Source: a bacterium (lineage in GTDB: Bacteria > UBA8248). From it: a DNA stretch of 64,000 nucleotides. The stretch spans positions 2,752,001 through 2,816,000 of the forward strand of contig OZ241326.1 of the NCBI GenBank assembly GCA_965199855.1. Reading direction: 5' to 3'. Each line of letters opens with the position of its first letter. The first letter of the stretch is position 1. The position numbers were made by a program, and so were the translations under genes. A model generated the notes under the pieces. It worked only from the letters and a program-made list of their open reading frames with translations. It was not told where the DNA came from and ran no database searches. Shown here piece by piece: positions 27,836-37,802 of the stretch.

Positions 27836-29428
27836 CTACTCGACCATGTCGAGGGTCAGCACCTGATCCGCCCGGATGTCCGTGCCGGCCTTTTTGCCGA
27901 TGAGGTCGTCGATCATCCAGCCCGGCAGGCCGTCGGCGGGCCGCTTCATGCCCAGCATGGCGGATTCTATCGTCTCCCCGCGCTGAATGTCCCGCTCGGC
28001 GACGATGCTGCGCCTCGCGCCGCTCCGGGCGGCGCTTTCACGATCGGCGACCTCGAGCGCGCCGCTGCCCAGAACGGTCTCCGCGAGGCGGACGTTTTCC
28101 ACCATTTTCCTCAAATCCCCCGGGTTCATCGAAAAGAAATGCCCCGAGCCGGTCAATTCGCGATCCAGCGTGTAGTGCTTTTCAATGACTTTCGCTCCGA
28201 GGGCCACGCTCAGGGAAGGGATGATCATGCGCGCGTCCGGCTCCGTGTGATCGGAGAGGCCGACGATGACGCCGGGATATCTCTCCGCCAGGGAGCGGAC
28301 GCGGAGAAGGTTCGCGTCCTCATTCGTCGTCGGGTAGCTCAACATGCAGGCCATGATGATGAGTTGATGGTTGCCCGCGCCGAGGATCGTCGAAATGGCC
28401 CGCTCAATCTCCTCCGCCGTCGAGCCGCCGGTCGAAAGAATCACGGGCTTGCCGAAGCCGGCCACTCGTCTGAGCAGCCGGCTGTCGGGAAGATCGCAGG
28501 AAGCTATCTTGAAAAGCGACATGCCCAAGTCGTTCAACATGCTCGCGCTCTCCGGGTCGAAAGGCGTGGAGAACGGGATGACGCCCTTGCCAAGGGCGTA
28601 TGCGAAAAGCTCCTCATATTCGGAGGCGCCGAAGCGATCCAGCTGACGATAATACTCTATCTGCGGTATCCGCTTCCCTTTCCAGTAGGTCGTGGCCTCC
28701 TTGCGCGTCAGGCGCTCCGCCTTGTAGGTCTGGAACTTGATCGCGTCCGCCCCGGCTTCGGCGGCCAGGTCGATCATCTCCCTGGCCATCCCCATGTCGC
28801 ACATGTGGTTGCAGGCGGCCTCCGCGATCAGAAAGACGGGATGGCCCGCGCCTATCCTTCTGCTCCCGACGGAAATCTCCTTCGCGTATGGGCTCATTTC
28901 ATGCCGCGCCATGGCGAGGTCGAAAGCGGTGTGAACGTTGACGCAGTCGTCCCGGACGGCGGACGGATACAAAGGCGGGTTCGAGGCCAGCGCCCTCGCG
29001 CTCAGAATGCGGAGCGCCCCGTTTCGCCTTCCGCTTCCGTCCACCGTGCACAGGTCGTCTATCCCCTCCTCCTTGACGTATCGCAACAGGGCGTCGAGGT
29101 CGCTTCTTCTGTTCGGATGATCGGGCTGGATTCCGACGACGAAAGAAGCGTCCTCGTCCCTCAATTCGCCGGCGACCGCCCGATACACATCGACAAGAGG
29201 CGCTTCGCCGGCGAGCTCCTCGCCCCGAAAATGAACCGCCGCGCCGTTTCGCCTGCCAATCTCCGCAATATCCTCGGAGTCGGTCGATACGACGATTTTG
29301 TCCACGCTCCTGAATTTCTTCGCGTAATCAATGGCGCGCGCGACCAGCGAGACGCCGTTGACCTCCAGGAGGTTCTTGTCCGCCAGACGGCTGGAATGCC
29401 GCTTGGCCGGTATGACGGCGACTATCAT
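27836..29428 (-). CDS. neuB: cytidylyltransferase-like domain fused to nonulosonate synthase (NeuB/PseI/LegI family) with SAF domain
   Basis: IPAKRHSSRLADKN; AEAACNH, AIKFQT, STPFD, KIASCD, GLSDHT, IEKHYTLD, RRSIVA, KRPADG. Confidence 0.9.
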   Translation of the reverse strand: MIVAVIPAKRHSSRLADKNLLEVNGVSLVARAIDYAKKFRSVDKIVVSTDSEDIAEIGRRNGAAVHFRGEELAGEAPLVDVYRAVAGELRDEDASFVVGIQPDHPNRRSDLDALLRYVKEEGIDDLCTVDGSGRRNGALRILSARALASNPPLYPSAVRDDCVNVHTAFDLAMARHEMSPYAKEISVGSRRIGAGHPVFLIAEAACNHMCDMGMAREMIDLAAEAGADAIKFQTYKAERLTRKEATTYWKGKRIPQIEYYRQLDRFGASEYEELFAYALGKGVIPFSTPFDPESASMLNDLGMSLFKIASCDLPDSRLLRRVAGFGKPVILSTGGSTAEEIERAISTILGAGNHQLIIMACMLSYPTTNEDANLLRVRSLAERYPGVIVGLSDHTEPDARMIIPSLSVALGAKVIEKHYTLDRELTGSGHFFSMNPGDLRKMVENVRLAETVLGSGALEVADRESAARSGARRSIVAERDIQRGETIESAMLGMKRPADGLPGWMIDDLIGKKAGTDIRADQVLTLDMVE

Positions 29429-30585
29429 TTGGCTCTGGCCGCTTTCCGTATGCGCGCGAACTCGCCCTGAAGCATTCGCTCCAGAACACCCACGCAGGAA
29501 TCCACCGAACGCAGCTGCGGCTCATCGATCGGGGCGCGCCGAAGCGCGCCCGGCTCCCGCTTTACAAGCCAACTATCAAGCAATTCGGCGAATTCCGCAA
29601 GTGAACGCGCCTCCTGAAGCACCCCGGGAGAGTCCTCGAAAAAACCGGGGACGCCGGAGAGGGAATCCAGCCGGAGGCTGATCGTTGGCCGGCCGCAATA
29701 CATCGCCTCATACAGAATCATCGAGTCGAATCCCAATACGAGATCAGAGCCACATGCGATTTCAAGAGAGGAGGCGCCGGCGTCTATGGTCGCGCCGGGA
29801 AGCGGCGACGCATCGGCTTTCCATTCCTCGATCTCTTTGGGGTGAAGGCCCACGAAAAATTTCGCCTCACGCCCTGTCTCGCGGATTTTTTCCTCGCAGC
29901 GGCGAAGCGCATCCGCGACGATTCCAGCCCTTTCTCCCTCCAGAAACGGGCGAACAGCGAGCCTTCCGCCGCGGCGGACGAATACCGGCTGGGTAAAAAG
30001 AGCGCAAACAAAGTCACCCTTGCGAACGCCGCGCGCTTTTCTGAACTCCTCCGCTCCTCTCCGCTTGCGCGAACGCAGCGCATCGAGGCGCGGGTGTCCC
30101 ACGACGGCCATGCGGCCGGGCGGTATTCCCTCCGCCATCCCTCTCTCCCTCGACCATTCGTCAATAACGCCAAGCACGTCCGGGAGATAGGCGAAGTCTT
30201 TCTCCCCGCCATGAACACTGCCCCAGCCCTTCCAGTGGTCCATCAGCGCGAAGCTCGGTATCCCCAGTTCCCTTGCCGCCGCGACCAGGCGTCCGTTTGA
30301 AGGATCGTATTCATTGTTCGACAGCGCGCAAAACATGGCGTCAGGCGAGAAGCGCGAAAGCAGACCCCTTGCGCCCTCAACGCTTAGCGGCGGCCAATCC
30401 GCAAGGGCGCCCAGATGGACGGCCTCGATGTCCTGCTCCTGAAACACCTCCCTGGCGAAAAGATGCGCCACGACGCGAAGGCGATATTTCCTTGAGCGAA
30501 CAAGCCTCTTGACGACGGGCGAAATTGCGCGCGCGCCGCCCGCGTCCTGGGCATAAACCAAAACAAGGGGACCATCGGCATTCAC
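29425..30585 (-). CDS. GT-B fold hypothetical protein (transferase or nucleotide-sugar hydrolase)
   Basis: DAGGARA, VVGHPRLD, LHPKE, SDLVLGFDSMILYEA; GTG start overlaps the DegT stop. Confidence 0.6.
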   Translation of the reverse strand: MNADGPLVLVYAQDAGGARAISPVVKRLVRSRKYRLRVVAHLFAREVFQEQDIEAVHLGALADWPPLSVEGARGLLSRFSPDAMFCALSNNEYDPSNGRLVAAARELGIPSFALMDHWKGWGSVHGGEKDFAYLPDVLGVIDEWSRERGMAEGIPPGRMAVVGHPRLDALRSRKRRGAEEFRKARGVRKGDFVCALFTQPVFVRRGGRLAVRPFLEGERAGIVADALRRCEEKIRETGREAKFFVGLHPKEIEEWKADASPLPGATIDAGASSLEIACGSDLVLGFDSMILYEAMYCGRPTISLRLDSLSGVPGFFEDSPGVLQEARSLAEFAELLDSWLVKREPGALRRAPIDEPQLRSVDSCVGVLERMLQGEFARIRKAARAK

Positions 30586-31868
30586 GCGAAGGCCCGCAGC
30601 GCATCGGCGTTCTTTCGTATCTTCTCCACCGCGAGGACGAACTCTTCGATTTCCCGCCCGGTGTTCGGGTATCGGCAAATGTTGGTCACAAGCAGTTCCT
30701 TCTCCCAAAGCCGCTCGACGACGGGGCAGATTCCCTTCGCATACGATGCGCCGCCGTTCGCGCCGGCGGAAAAAGGGTATCCCCCTTTTCCATACGCGCT
30801 TCTCTTCCGATACATCGGCTCGAGATATATGGGCCGCACATACCCCTCCGCCGCCTGAACGCCCTCCGCTCTGAGGGCTCTCGCGAAAACCTCGCGGGAG
30901 ACGCCCGTCTTCCTTTCGTCATACTTCATGGCGTAAAGATAATAGACGTGGGCGCAGCCCGGAGCCGTCGCCGGAGGCGCCAGGAAATCGAATTCGGCAA
31001 GCTGGCGGGTCAGGTCTTCGGCGAGGCGGACGCGAACGCCCGTCAGTTCGTCAATCTTGGCGAATTGCGCGATGCCGACGGCAGCGCATATTTCCGCCAG
31101 GCGATAGTTGAAGCCGACCATGTTCGTCATCTCTTCCCGGCCCATGGGCCCGACGACGACCTCCCCGTGGTTGCGCTTCAGCCGCATGTGAAGCGCCAGC
31201 TCCTCATCGCTCGTGAGGGCGACTCCCCCTTCGCCGCATTGGATGACCTTGTGATAATTCAGGCTCTGGACGCCCACATCCCCTATGGTTCCCGTCTTTC
31301 GTCCCGCGCACTCCGCAAGCGGCGCCTGCGCGTTGTCCTCAATCAGCAGGAGACCATGCTTGTCAGCCAGAGCGCGAAGCTCCATCAAGGCGGATGGATG
31401 CCCGAACAGATTGACCGCAAGAATGGCGCGGGTTCTCTCGCTTATCAAAGACTCGACCGAAGAAGGATCGACGCAGAAGGTCGCATCCTCCACGTCGGCG
31501 AAGACGGGAATCGCGTTTTGCATCAAGATGCTGCTCGCCGTGGCGCTCATGGTGAACGGCGACGTGATGATTTCCTCCCCGGGCTCGACCCCCGTCGCCG
31601 CCACGGCGCAATGCAGGGCGGACGTCGCCGAATTCACCGATACCGCGTGCCTTGCGCCAAACCTCTCGGCGAAAAGCCGCTCGAGCTTCTTGACCTTCGC
31701 GCCGCCGAGGAAGCGATCCGAATGGGTTCCAGAGAACCCTGAAAGGCGCTGGCTTCGTAGGCAGTCGAGAACCTCCGCTTCCTCGGCCTGATCGACCATG
31801 GTGGTATGCGCGGCGTAAGGCTCCTTGCGGACAGGCTCCCCGCCCAGCAGCGCCAGTTCTCCGCCCAC
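30582..31868 (-). CDS. DegT/DnrJ/EryC1/StrS PLP-dependent sugar aminotransferase
   Basis: NSATSALH, IEDNAQA, SLNYHK..CGEGG, GFNYRL. Confidence 0.93.
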   Translation of the reverse strand: MGGELALLGGEPVRKEPYAAHTTMVDQAEEAEVLDCLRSQRLSGFSGTHSDRFLGGAKVKKLERLFAERFGARHAVSVNSATSALHCAVAATGVEPGEEIITSPFTMSATASSILMQNAIPVFADVEDATFCVDPSSVESLISERTRAILAVNLFGHPSALMELRALADKHGLLLIEDNAQAPLAECAGRKTGTIGDVGVQSLNYHKVIQCGEGGVALTSDEELALHMRLKRNHGEVVVGPMGREEMTNMVGFNYRLAEICAAVGIAQFAKIDELTGVRVRLAEDLTRQLAEFDFLAPPATAPGCAHVYYLYAMKYDERKTGVSREVFARALRAEGVQAAEGYVRPIYLEPMYRKRSAYGKGGYPFSAGANGGASYAKGICPVVERLWEKELLVTNICRYPNTGREIEEFVLAVEKIRKNADALRAFA

Positions 31869-31883
31869 GACGTCCCCTCCGCG

Positions 31884-32897
31884 TCAAAGAGGCTTCATTT
31901 CCCCAATCGTATTCGATGAGAGAACAGCCTCGCAAATTTCAATCGCCCTCGCCCCGTCCCGCAGCGCGCACGCGGGCGCGCCTCCGACTCGCAGGCATTC
32001 TACAAGTTCCTCTACGGCGCGAAGGGTGCAGTCGCGCCACGCCGTCTCCTCCACGCCCCGGGCGAGTTCCAGCACCTGGAACAGGCGAAAGTGCGGGTCT
32101 TCGCGCGGTCGAAACCGCAGAATCTTCTGGCCCCTTTGCCCGATGACGATTCTCCCCCTCTCCGTCATGATGTCCGCATCAACGAGGATGTGCCTTATGT
32201 CGGGCACGTGGAGAAACGCGGCCAATATCCCCTGCCCGAAAATGACCTCGAAATCCGCGCCCGGGTCCTCGCTCCCGCCGCCGAAGACCCTCAGGAGACG
32301 CGCTTCTTTCGGCTCTCCGAAAAACCAGCGCAGCAGATCGATGTAGTGGGAGGCGTTTCCCAGCAGGCCTTTCACGTAGTGAACCGTAACGCGGATGACC
32401 GAGCCGTGAACGCCGCCGGCGAGTTCATCCCTCAGCTGACGAAGAGTCGGATTCCACCTTCTGAAGTAGTTGACCGCCACGGGCCGCGCCCCCGCGACGC
32501 GAATCGACTCGCGCGCGTCCGCGGATGAGCGGGCGACCGGCTTTTCGAGAAAAACCGCTTTGGCGTCCGCGCCGCAGGCCGCGCGCAAAGCGTCGAGATG
32601 ACGCTCCACGGGCAGGCAGATGCTCACGATGTCGGGACGCTCCCGATCGAGCATCCGGCGGTAGTCCGCATACAAGCCGTCCACGCGCCACCGACGACCG
32701 AAGGCCGCCAGAGCCTCGGCGTCCAGATCCGCAGCCGAAACAAGATCGACATCAGGGCAGGCCGCATACGCTCCCGCGTGCGTAGCCGTCCACTTCCCTT
32801 CGGAGAACTCGTCGTATCGGGAGGCGACGCCGCCGCAGCCGATGACGACCGCCCTATATCTGGCTTTGCCGCTGTTCAAAGACACGCTGCTGAACAA
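31884..32897 (-). CDS. Gfo/Idh/MocA family oxidoreductase
   Basis: IGCGGVA, LEKP, VNYFRRW, SHYID. Confidence 0.88.
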   Translation of the reverse strand: MFSSVSLNSGKARYRAVVIGCGGVASRYDEFSEGKWTATHAGAYAACPDVDLVSAADLDAEALAAFGRRWRVDGLYADYRRMLDRERPDIVSICLPVERHLDALRAACGADAKAVFLEKPVARSSADARESIRVAGARPVAVNYFRRWNPTLRQLRDELAGGVHGSVIRVTVHYVKGLLGNASHYIDLLRWFFGEPKEARLLRVFGGGSEDPGADFEVIFGQGILAAFLHVPDIRHILVDADIMTERGRIVIGQRGQKILRFRPREDPHFRLFQVLELARGVEETAWRDCTLRAVEELVECLRVGGAPACALRDGARAIEICEAVLSSNTIGEMKPL

Positions 32898-33645
32898 CCT
32901 GACGATTGATGTCGAGAAGACCCGGCTCCGCGTCCAGGAGCTCCATCACGCTGAACAGCGAGAAGCAAGGGTCGCCGGGATAAAGACGGGCGTAAATCTC
33001 GCGGATCAGCGCAAAGTCCTCCGGGTTGTCCACGGTGAGGCGAACCTCCGGCCTGCGGCATTCCACCCAACGCCCCACGGCCTCGAAAGCCCTCAGCCTG
33101 AATCGCTCCGGACGCTCGAAGATATACGAGGTGACATGTTCGCGATCGAGGGGGTCGTCCGTCCACCCGGCCACCCGCCGCAAAAGCGCGGTGGAGAAAA
33201 TCTCAACGCCCGTTCCGACGGGAAACGTTGACTCCTTCCGCCACGCGGCGCTGTGGCGCATCGCGGTATTCGCCACATAATCCGATTCGCCCTCGAGATA
33301 CGCCTCCACCATCTCGTCAATCAAAAGCGGCTCCGCGAGAGGAGCGTCCCCGCCCAGCTCGACAATCACGTCCCCGCTCCAGGCCTCGGCCGCCCGGAGA
33401 ACCCGCTCCAGAACGTCCCGCTCGCTGCCCCGGAAGCAACCCAGGGCGCTCTCTTCGGCCATTCGCTCGATGGGATCGTCGAGCGGATTCGTCGTAGTGG
33501 CGATGACGACCTCGTCCACGCGCCTCGCCCGCCGCACCCTCTCCGCCATCCGCGTCAGCATCGGCTTCCCGCACAGATCCAGAAGCACTTTCCCCGGCAA
33601 CCGGGAGGAGCTCGTTCTGGCTTCGATGATCGCGACGATTTTCAC
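32854..33645 (-). CDS. SpsF-like cytidylyltransferase
   Basis: EARTSSSRLPGKVL, FRGSERDVLER, REHVT, RLTVDNPED. Confidence 0.88.
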   Translation of the reverse strand: MKIVAIIEARTSSSRLPGKVLLDLCGKPMLTRMAERVRRARRVDEVVIATTTNPLDDPIERMAEESALGCFRGSERDVLERVLRAAEAWSGDVIVELGGDAPLAEPLLIDEMVEAYLEGESDYVANTAMRHSAAWRKESTFPVGTGVEIFSTALLRRVAGWTDDPLDREHVTSYIFERPERFRLRAFEAVGRWVECRRPEVRLTVDNPEDFALIREIYARLYPGDPCFSLFSVMELLDAEPGLLDINRQVVQQRVFEQRQSQI

Positions 33646-34265
33646 CCGCGCCCCTCTTTCCTCATGCTCTCCCAGTCGGCGCGAAATATCCCCAGCCGAT
33701 ATTCATCGACATAGCTCGATTCGCAGAAAAAACTCTCCTTGATCGTCGCCTCATGGAGGTATCCGTTCTTCTCGAAACTTCGCCTCGAACCCTCATTCGT
33801 CGCCCACATGCCCGCCGTAATCTTCCGAAGATTCAGCTTCTCGAAGCCGTGAGCGGTCATCAGGGCGATGGCCTCCGTCCCGACGCCTCTTCCCCGGCAG
33901 CGGGCCTCGCCGATGACGATGCTCATGTCCCCCGTTCGATGAATCCAGTCGATCTTGTGAATGCCGACAATCCCCACCAGGGAGCCTTCCTCGTATCCGC
34001 CCCCGCCGTAGGGGTCGGCCCCGGCGCGGCCCTCTCCTTCCTTCAGGACGACGCCGAGCTGCACGTCGCTTCGACTCCTCACGAGCGAATCGAATATCTC
34101 CCGCTGGCGCTCCTCGCTCACGGGGAACATTCCCTTGTTCATGTTCCGCGTGACTTCGGCGGAATTGAACCAGTCGCGCCAGACCGGGATATCTTCCGCC
34201 TTCAGCGCGCGAAGGCGCGTCTGATGACCGCTTCTAAACATGGGCAGCCCCTCCGAGCTTCGCAT
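33642..34265 (-). CDS. GNAT (RimJ/PseH-like) N-acyltransferase
   Basis: IDWIHR, RGRGVGTEA, NEGSRRSFEKNGY. Confidence 0.85.
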   Translation of the reverse strand: MRSSEGLPMFRSGHQTRLRALKAEDIPVWRDWFNSAEVTRNMNKGMFPVSEERQREIFDSLVRSRSDVQLGVVLKEGEGRAGADPYGGGGYEEGSLVGIVGIHKIDWIHRTGDMSIVIGEARCRGRGVGTEAIALMTAHGFEKLNLRKITAGMWATNEGSRRSFEKNGYLHEATIKESFFCESSYVDEYRLGIFRADWESMRKEGRG

Positions 34266-34277
34266 GGGCGCCGCGAT

Positions 34278-35216
34278 TCACGGCTTCGGCCAGGCCCTGC
34301 AGTGCAGCAGATCGCCCACGCCCGCCTCCTGAAGCTTCAGCCGGTAAAAATCGTCCACTTCCTCGAGAATATCCCGAAAATCCCTCCCTTCGGGGGTTTC
34401 CGCCCTGAGCAATTCCCTCGGCAGATTCACGTTCGTGTATCCCGAAGCGCCCGAGTCGCCCTCTCCTGAATACAGCCATTTGAAATGATTCGTCATGGAG
34501 GCGGCGAGGCGCGGGACGCACTCGAAGCCGTATCCGCAGTCCGTCAAAAGCCTGCCCAGGCTCTTCTCCGTAAAGTAATAGAGGTGATATTCGCGGAAAT
34601 AAAAATCCCTGTAATTCGGCACGTCATAATAACTCGCAAGCGGATCCAGCCCGTGGGGAACGGCCAGGAAAAGAACAGACTCCGAATGGAGGAATCGCTT
34701 CAAATCCATCAGAAAATCCTTCACGCGCGGGACATGCTCCAGCGCGGCGTGCATCACGACGACGTCAAACGGCTGCCCTGCCTCGCAATCGCCGAGCGGC
34801 CTGTCCCACGCGGGAATGCCCGCTTCACGCAATTTTTGAACGTGCGCGGGCGTAAGCTCGACTCCCCGCACATGGGAGACCCTCTCCCGAATCGCCCGCA
34901 GAAACGATCCGTCCCCGCAGCCGACGTCCAGAACCCGGGACCCGCGATGCAAATACGGCTCGACCTCTCGCCTGTAAATTTCATGGTCGTTGAACTTGCT
35001 CCCTCCCCCCGACTGATCGGGAACGAAAACATAATCGTTCTCCGAATACCAGTCGTGGATCGCCTGCGCCTCGTCCCATGTCTCAAGAAACATGAGGCTA
35101 CAGAGGCTGCAAGAATACAGGCCGACGCTCGCCGGGCGGCTTACCTTGCCTCCTTTTACGGCATCTCGAACGAGCCGCGTCCGATCGGAGCCGCAAACGG
35201 GACAGCAACTCGTCAT
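34278..35216 (-). CDS. class I SAM-dependent methyltransferase with N-terminal Zn-ribbon
   Basis: CPVC...CSLC; VLDVGCGDG; ALEHV. Confidence 0.88.
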   Translation of the reverse strand: MTSCCPVCGSDRTRLVRDAVKGGKVSRPASVGLYSCSLCSLMFLETWDEAQAIHDWYSENDYVFVPDQSGGGSKFNDHEIYRREVEPYLHRGSRVLDVGCGDGSFLRAIRERVSHVRGVELTPAHVQKLREAGIPAWDRPLGDCEAGQPFDVVVMHAALEHVPRVKDFLMDLKRFLHSESVLFLAVPHGLDPLASYYDVPNYRDFYFREYHLYYFTEKSLGRLLTDCGYGFECVPRLAASMTNHFKWLYSGEGDSGASGYTNVNLPRELLRAETPEGRDFRDILEEVDDFYRLKLQEAGVGDLLHCRAWPKP

Positions 35217-36589
35217 TTCCGGGCGCCCTTATACGGCGCCAGCGGACGCCATGGCGGCATGAAGCCCTGTTCCTGGATATCTTCCGCCATCTTCAGCAGG
35301 GAGAGGTCGTCGTATCGCCGCGCGACAAGCTGCGCGCCGAAGGGCAAGCCGTCAGGACTCTCGAACGCGGGCGCGCTGAGCGCCGGGACGTGGCAAAGCG
35401 TCCACAGAAGGCAATTGTCCTTCTTGTCCCGGCCCATGATTCCCCTTGGCGCGCGCCCCGATGTCGAGAGGTTCAAAATCATGTCGAAATCCTCAAAAAA
35501 GCCGGAAAGGGCGGCCTTCAGGCTTTCCTGCCGCTTGAGAGCCTCCCAGTATTGCTCTGCGGTGATTCTTCGCCCCCGCTCCACCATCTCCAGGAAAACA
35601 TCGCTGAGTTGATCGCGGCGCGACTCGTATTCCTCGTTGAAATAGTAGGACAGCCCCTTGCTGTACAAGAGCGCGTGAACGTCATGGGCCTGGGAGAGCG
35701 CCGGCGGCAGCGGCGCTTCTCTCAATTCAACATCCCTGCATCGGGAGAGGCGGGACGCCAGCAGGCTGACGGCGTCCTTCGCATACGCTTCGGCGCGCTC
35801 CCAGCCCGGCCCCTTGACGAACGCCACCCTGTATGGCGGCCGCGCGCGGCTCGGCGACCAGTCGTCCAGGCTCTCCTTGACATAGGGATGGTTCGCTCCG
35901 CGCACCCGGGCGGATTCGAACGCCAGCCGAAGATCGGCGATGCTTCTCGCGAAAAAAGACACGTGGTCCAATGTGTCGAGAGTCTTCAGGATGCCCGTTC
36001 TGGGAACGACTCCGAAGGAGGGCTTGAATCCATACACTCCCGAATAACTCGCCGGCCGTATGGTGGAGCCCGCCGTCTGCGTGCCCACGGCGAGCGGAAC
36101 CATGCACGCGGCGACGGACGCGGCCGAGCCGCTGGACGAGGTGCCGGGAGAATAGTCCGGATGATGCGGGTTCACCGTAGGGCCGGGGTGATGGACGGCG
36201 AATTCGGCGGTGACGGTTTTTCCGAACATCAGCCCGCCTTCGCGCTTGAGGTGGGAAACGACCCGGGCGTCGTTGCCGGGCGTGAACCCCTCCCAGATGG
36301 GGCTCCCCATGCAGGTTGGAAAATCGACGGTGTTGATGACGTCCTTCACGCCGAAGGGCGCGCCCCAGAGGGAGCCGTCGAACGCGCCCGCCTCGATTCT
36401 CCGCTCTATTTCGCGGGCCCGGAGAATCAACGCCTCGCGATCGAAGCGCCGCCACGCGCGCAGGGAAGGCTCATGCCGCTCCACCTGCTCAATGCAGGAG
36501 AGGGTCCACTCGCCGACGCTCAGCTTCCCCTGCTTTATGAATTCAATCGCCTCGGTGGCGAGAAGCGAATTCGGATCCGCGCCGCTCAT
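35213..36589 (-). CDS. amidase-signature family enzyme (GatA-like)
   Basis: GVKD, PGTSSSGSAASVA, GTQTAGSTIRPASYSGVYGFKPS; Ser-cisSer-Lys triad appears intact. Confidence 0.9.
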   Translation of the reverse strand: MSGADPNSLLATEAIEFIKQGKLSVGEWTLSCIEQVERHEPSLRAWRRFDREALILRAREIERRIEAGAFDGSLWGAPFGVKDVINTVDFPTCMGSPIWEGFTPGNDARVVSHLKREGGLMFGKTVTAEFAVHHPGPTVNPHHPDYSPGTSSSGSAASVAACMVPLAVGTQTAGSTIRPASYSGVYGFKPSFGVVPRTGILKTLDTLDHVSFFARSIADLRLAFESARVRGANHPYVKESLDDWSPSRARPPYRVAFVKGPGWERAEAYAKDAVSLLASRLSRCRDVELREAPLPPALSQAHDVHALLYSKGLSYYFNEEYESRRDQLSDVFLEMVERGRRITAEQYWEALKRQESLKAALSGFFEDFDMILNLSTSGRAPRGIMGRDKKDNCLLWTLCHVPALSAPAFESPDGLPFGAQLVARRYDDLSLLKMAEDIQEQGFMPPWRPLAPYKGARK

Positions 36590-37734
36590 TGGGAGGCGGG
36601 GCCGGCTATCCCGACCTGATCAGGGCGAATTACCCTGGGCAGCTCCTTCGCCTGTCCTTCTCTCAGGCCTTCCAGGATGGTCAGAAACTCATCTTCGGTA
36701 TATCCGGTTATCCGCAGGTAATAATCGAGAGCGCCCGGCCGCTCCGAGTCAACTCTCGCGGCAAGCGCGAACGCCTCCTCGCGCGACATGATTCCGTTTC
36801 TCACGTCTATGCTCGCCTGGTCGGTCCCTCGCCCGAATCCCCGCTTCACCCATTTGGAATAATCGTGCACGCCCGCCATGCGGCATTCCACGCTTTTGTA
36901 TCCTTTATACGCTCCCTCCACCTTGTCTTCCCGCCACCCGTATTCTCGCTTTATGAATTCCACCTGCCGCTCCCCGTCCCAAAACAGATAATCGCCCAGA
37001 TGAATTCCCCGCATTCCGAGCTTGTCCAGTTCTTCCCTGGGGGGGATCAGGAAAGGAAGGAAATCGCGCTCGGCCAGCCCGATTTCCTCATCCACCATTT
37101 TTGACGAATCCACCTTCATCGAAACTTTCAGATACAGTGTCTCGTCATAGGGAATGGGATCGGCGTATGTTGACTTGCTCCCCATTTCAGCCGTCGATTC
37201 TCCCCAGACCAGAAGAGGAATCCGGTATTGCAACGCCACCTGCAGGGGGTAGGCTCCCACGCCCGCGTGGCAATGCCAGCAGGAGTCGCCAATCGCCGTC
37301 AGCGATTTGCGGGCGATTTTGTTGATCACCTCGCGATTCGGCGTGAACATGACGTGATCAACATTGAACTTCTCCAGGCAGTTCCGCAGATTCCACCAGC
37401 CGGTTTCCGTCCACCAGTTGTGGCTGAACGTGCACGCGAGAGGCCTCATGCCATAAACCCGCGTCAGGATATGAAGCTGAAAGCAGCTGTCCTTGCCGCC
37501 GCTTATGGGAACCAGACAGTCGTAATTGTCTCCCGAGCCGGCCTTCGCATTCTCCAGGATGCTCCTCAGCTGCTTCTCCCGCTCCGCCCAGTTGATGTGC
37601 ATCTTCATCTCGGAGCTGCGGCATGCCCTGCAAATTCCCAGCTCGTCGAAATCGATCCCCTCAGAGGTTTCCGGCATGCAGCAGCGCACGCAATACCGCA
37701 ACTCCTGAAAAGGCGCGTTTCCCGAAGCGGGCAT
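36586..37734 (-). CDS. N-acetyl sugar amidotransferase (WbuX/PseA/PtmG family)
   Basis: YCVRC, GICRAC, YDCLVPISGGKDS PP-loop, CWHCH, KRGFGR. Confidence 0.9.
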   Translation of the reverse strand: MPASGNAPFQELRYCVRCCMPETSEGIDFDELGICRACRSSEMKMHINWAEREKQLRSILENAKAGSGDNYDCLVPISGGKDSCFQLHILTRVYGMRPLACTFSHNWWTETGWWNLRNCLEKFNVDHVMFTPNREVINKIARKSLTAIGDSCWHCHAGVGAYPLQVALQYRIPLLVWGESTAEMGSKSTYADPIPYDETLYLKVSMKVDSSKMVDEEIGLAERDFLPFLIPPREELDKLGMRGIHLGDYLFWDGERQVEFIKREYGWREDKVEGAYKGYKSVECRMAGVHDYSKWVKRGFGRGTDQASIDVRNGIMSREEAFALAARVDSERPGALDYYLRITGYTEDEFLTILEGLREGQAKELPRVIRPDQVGIAGPASQ

Positions 37735-37802
37735 CAGCCTGTCCCCTTCCCGGTCAACGCGAAATTGATGCTCTTTTTCATTCTCACCGAGATCCTCCGT
37801 CC

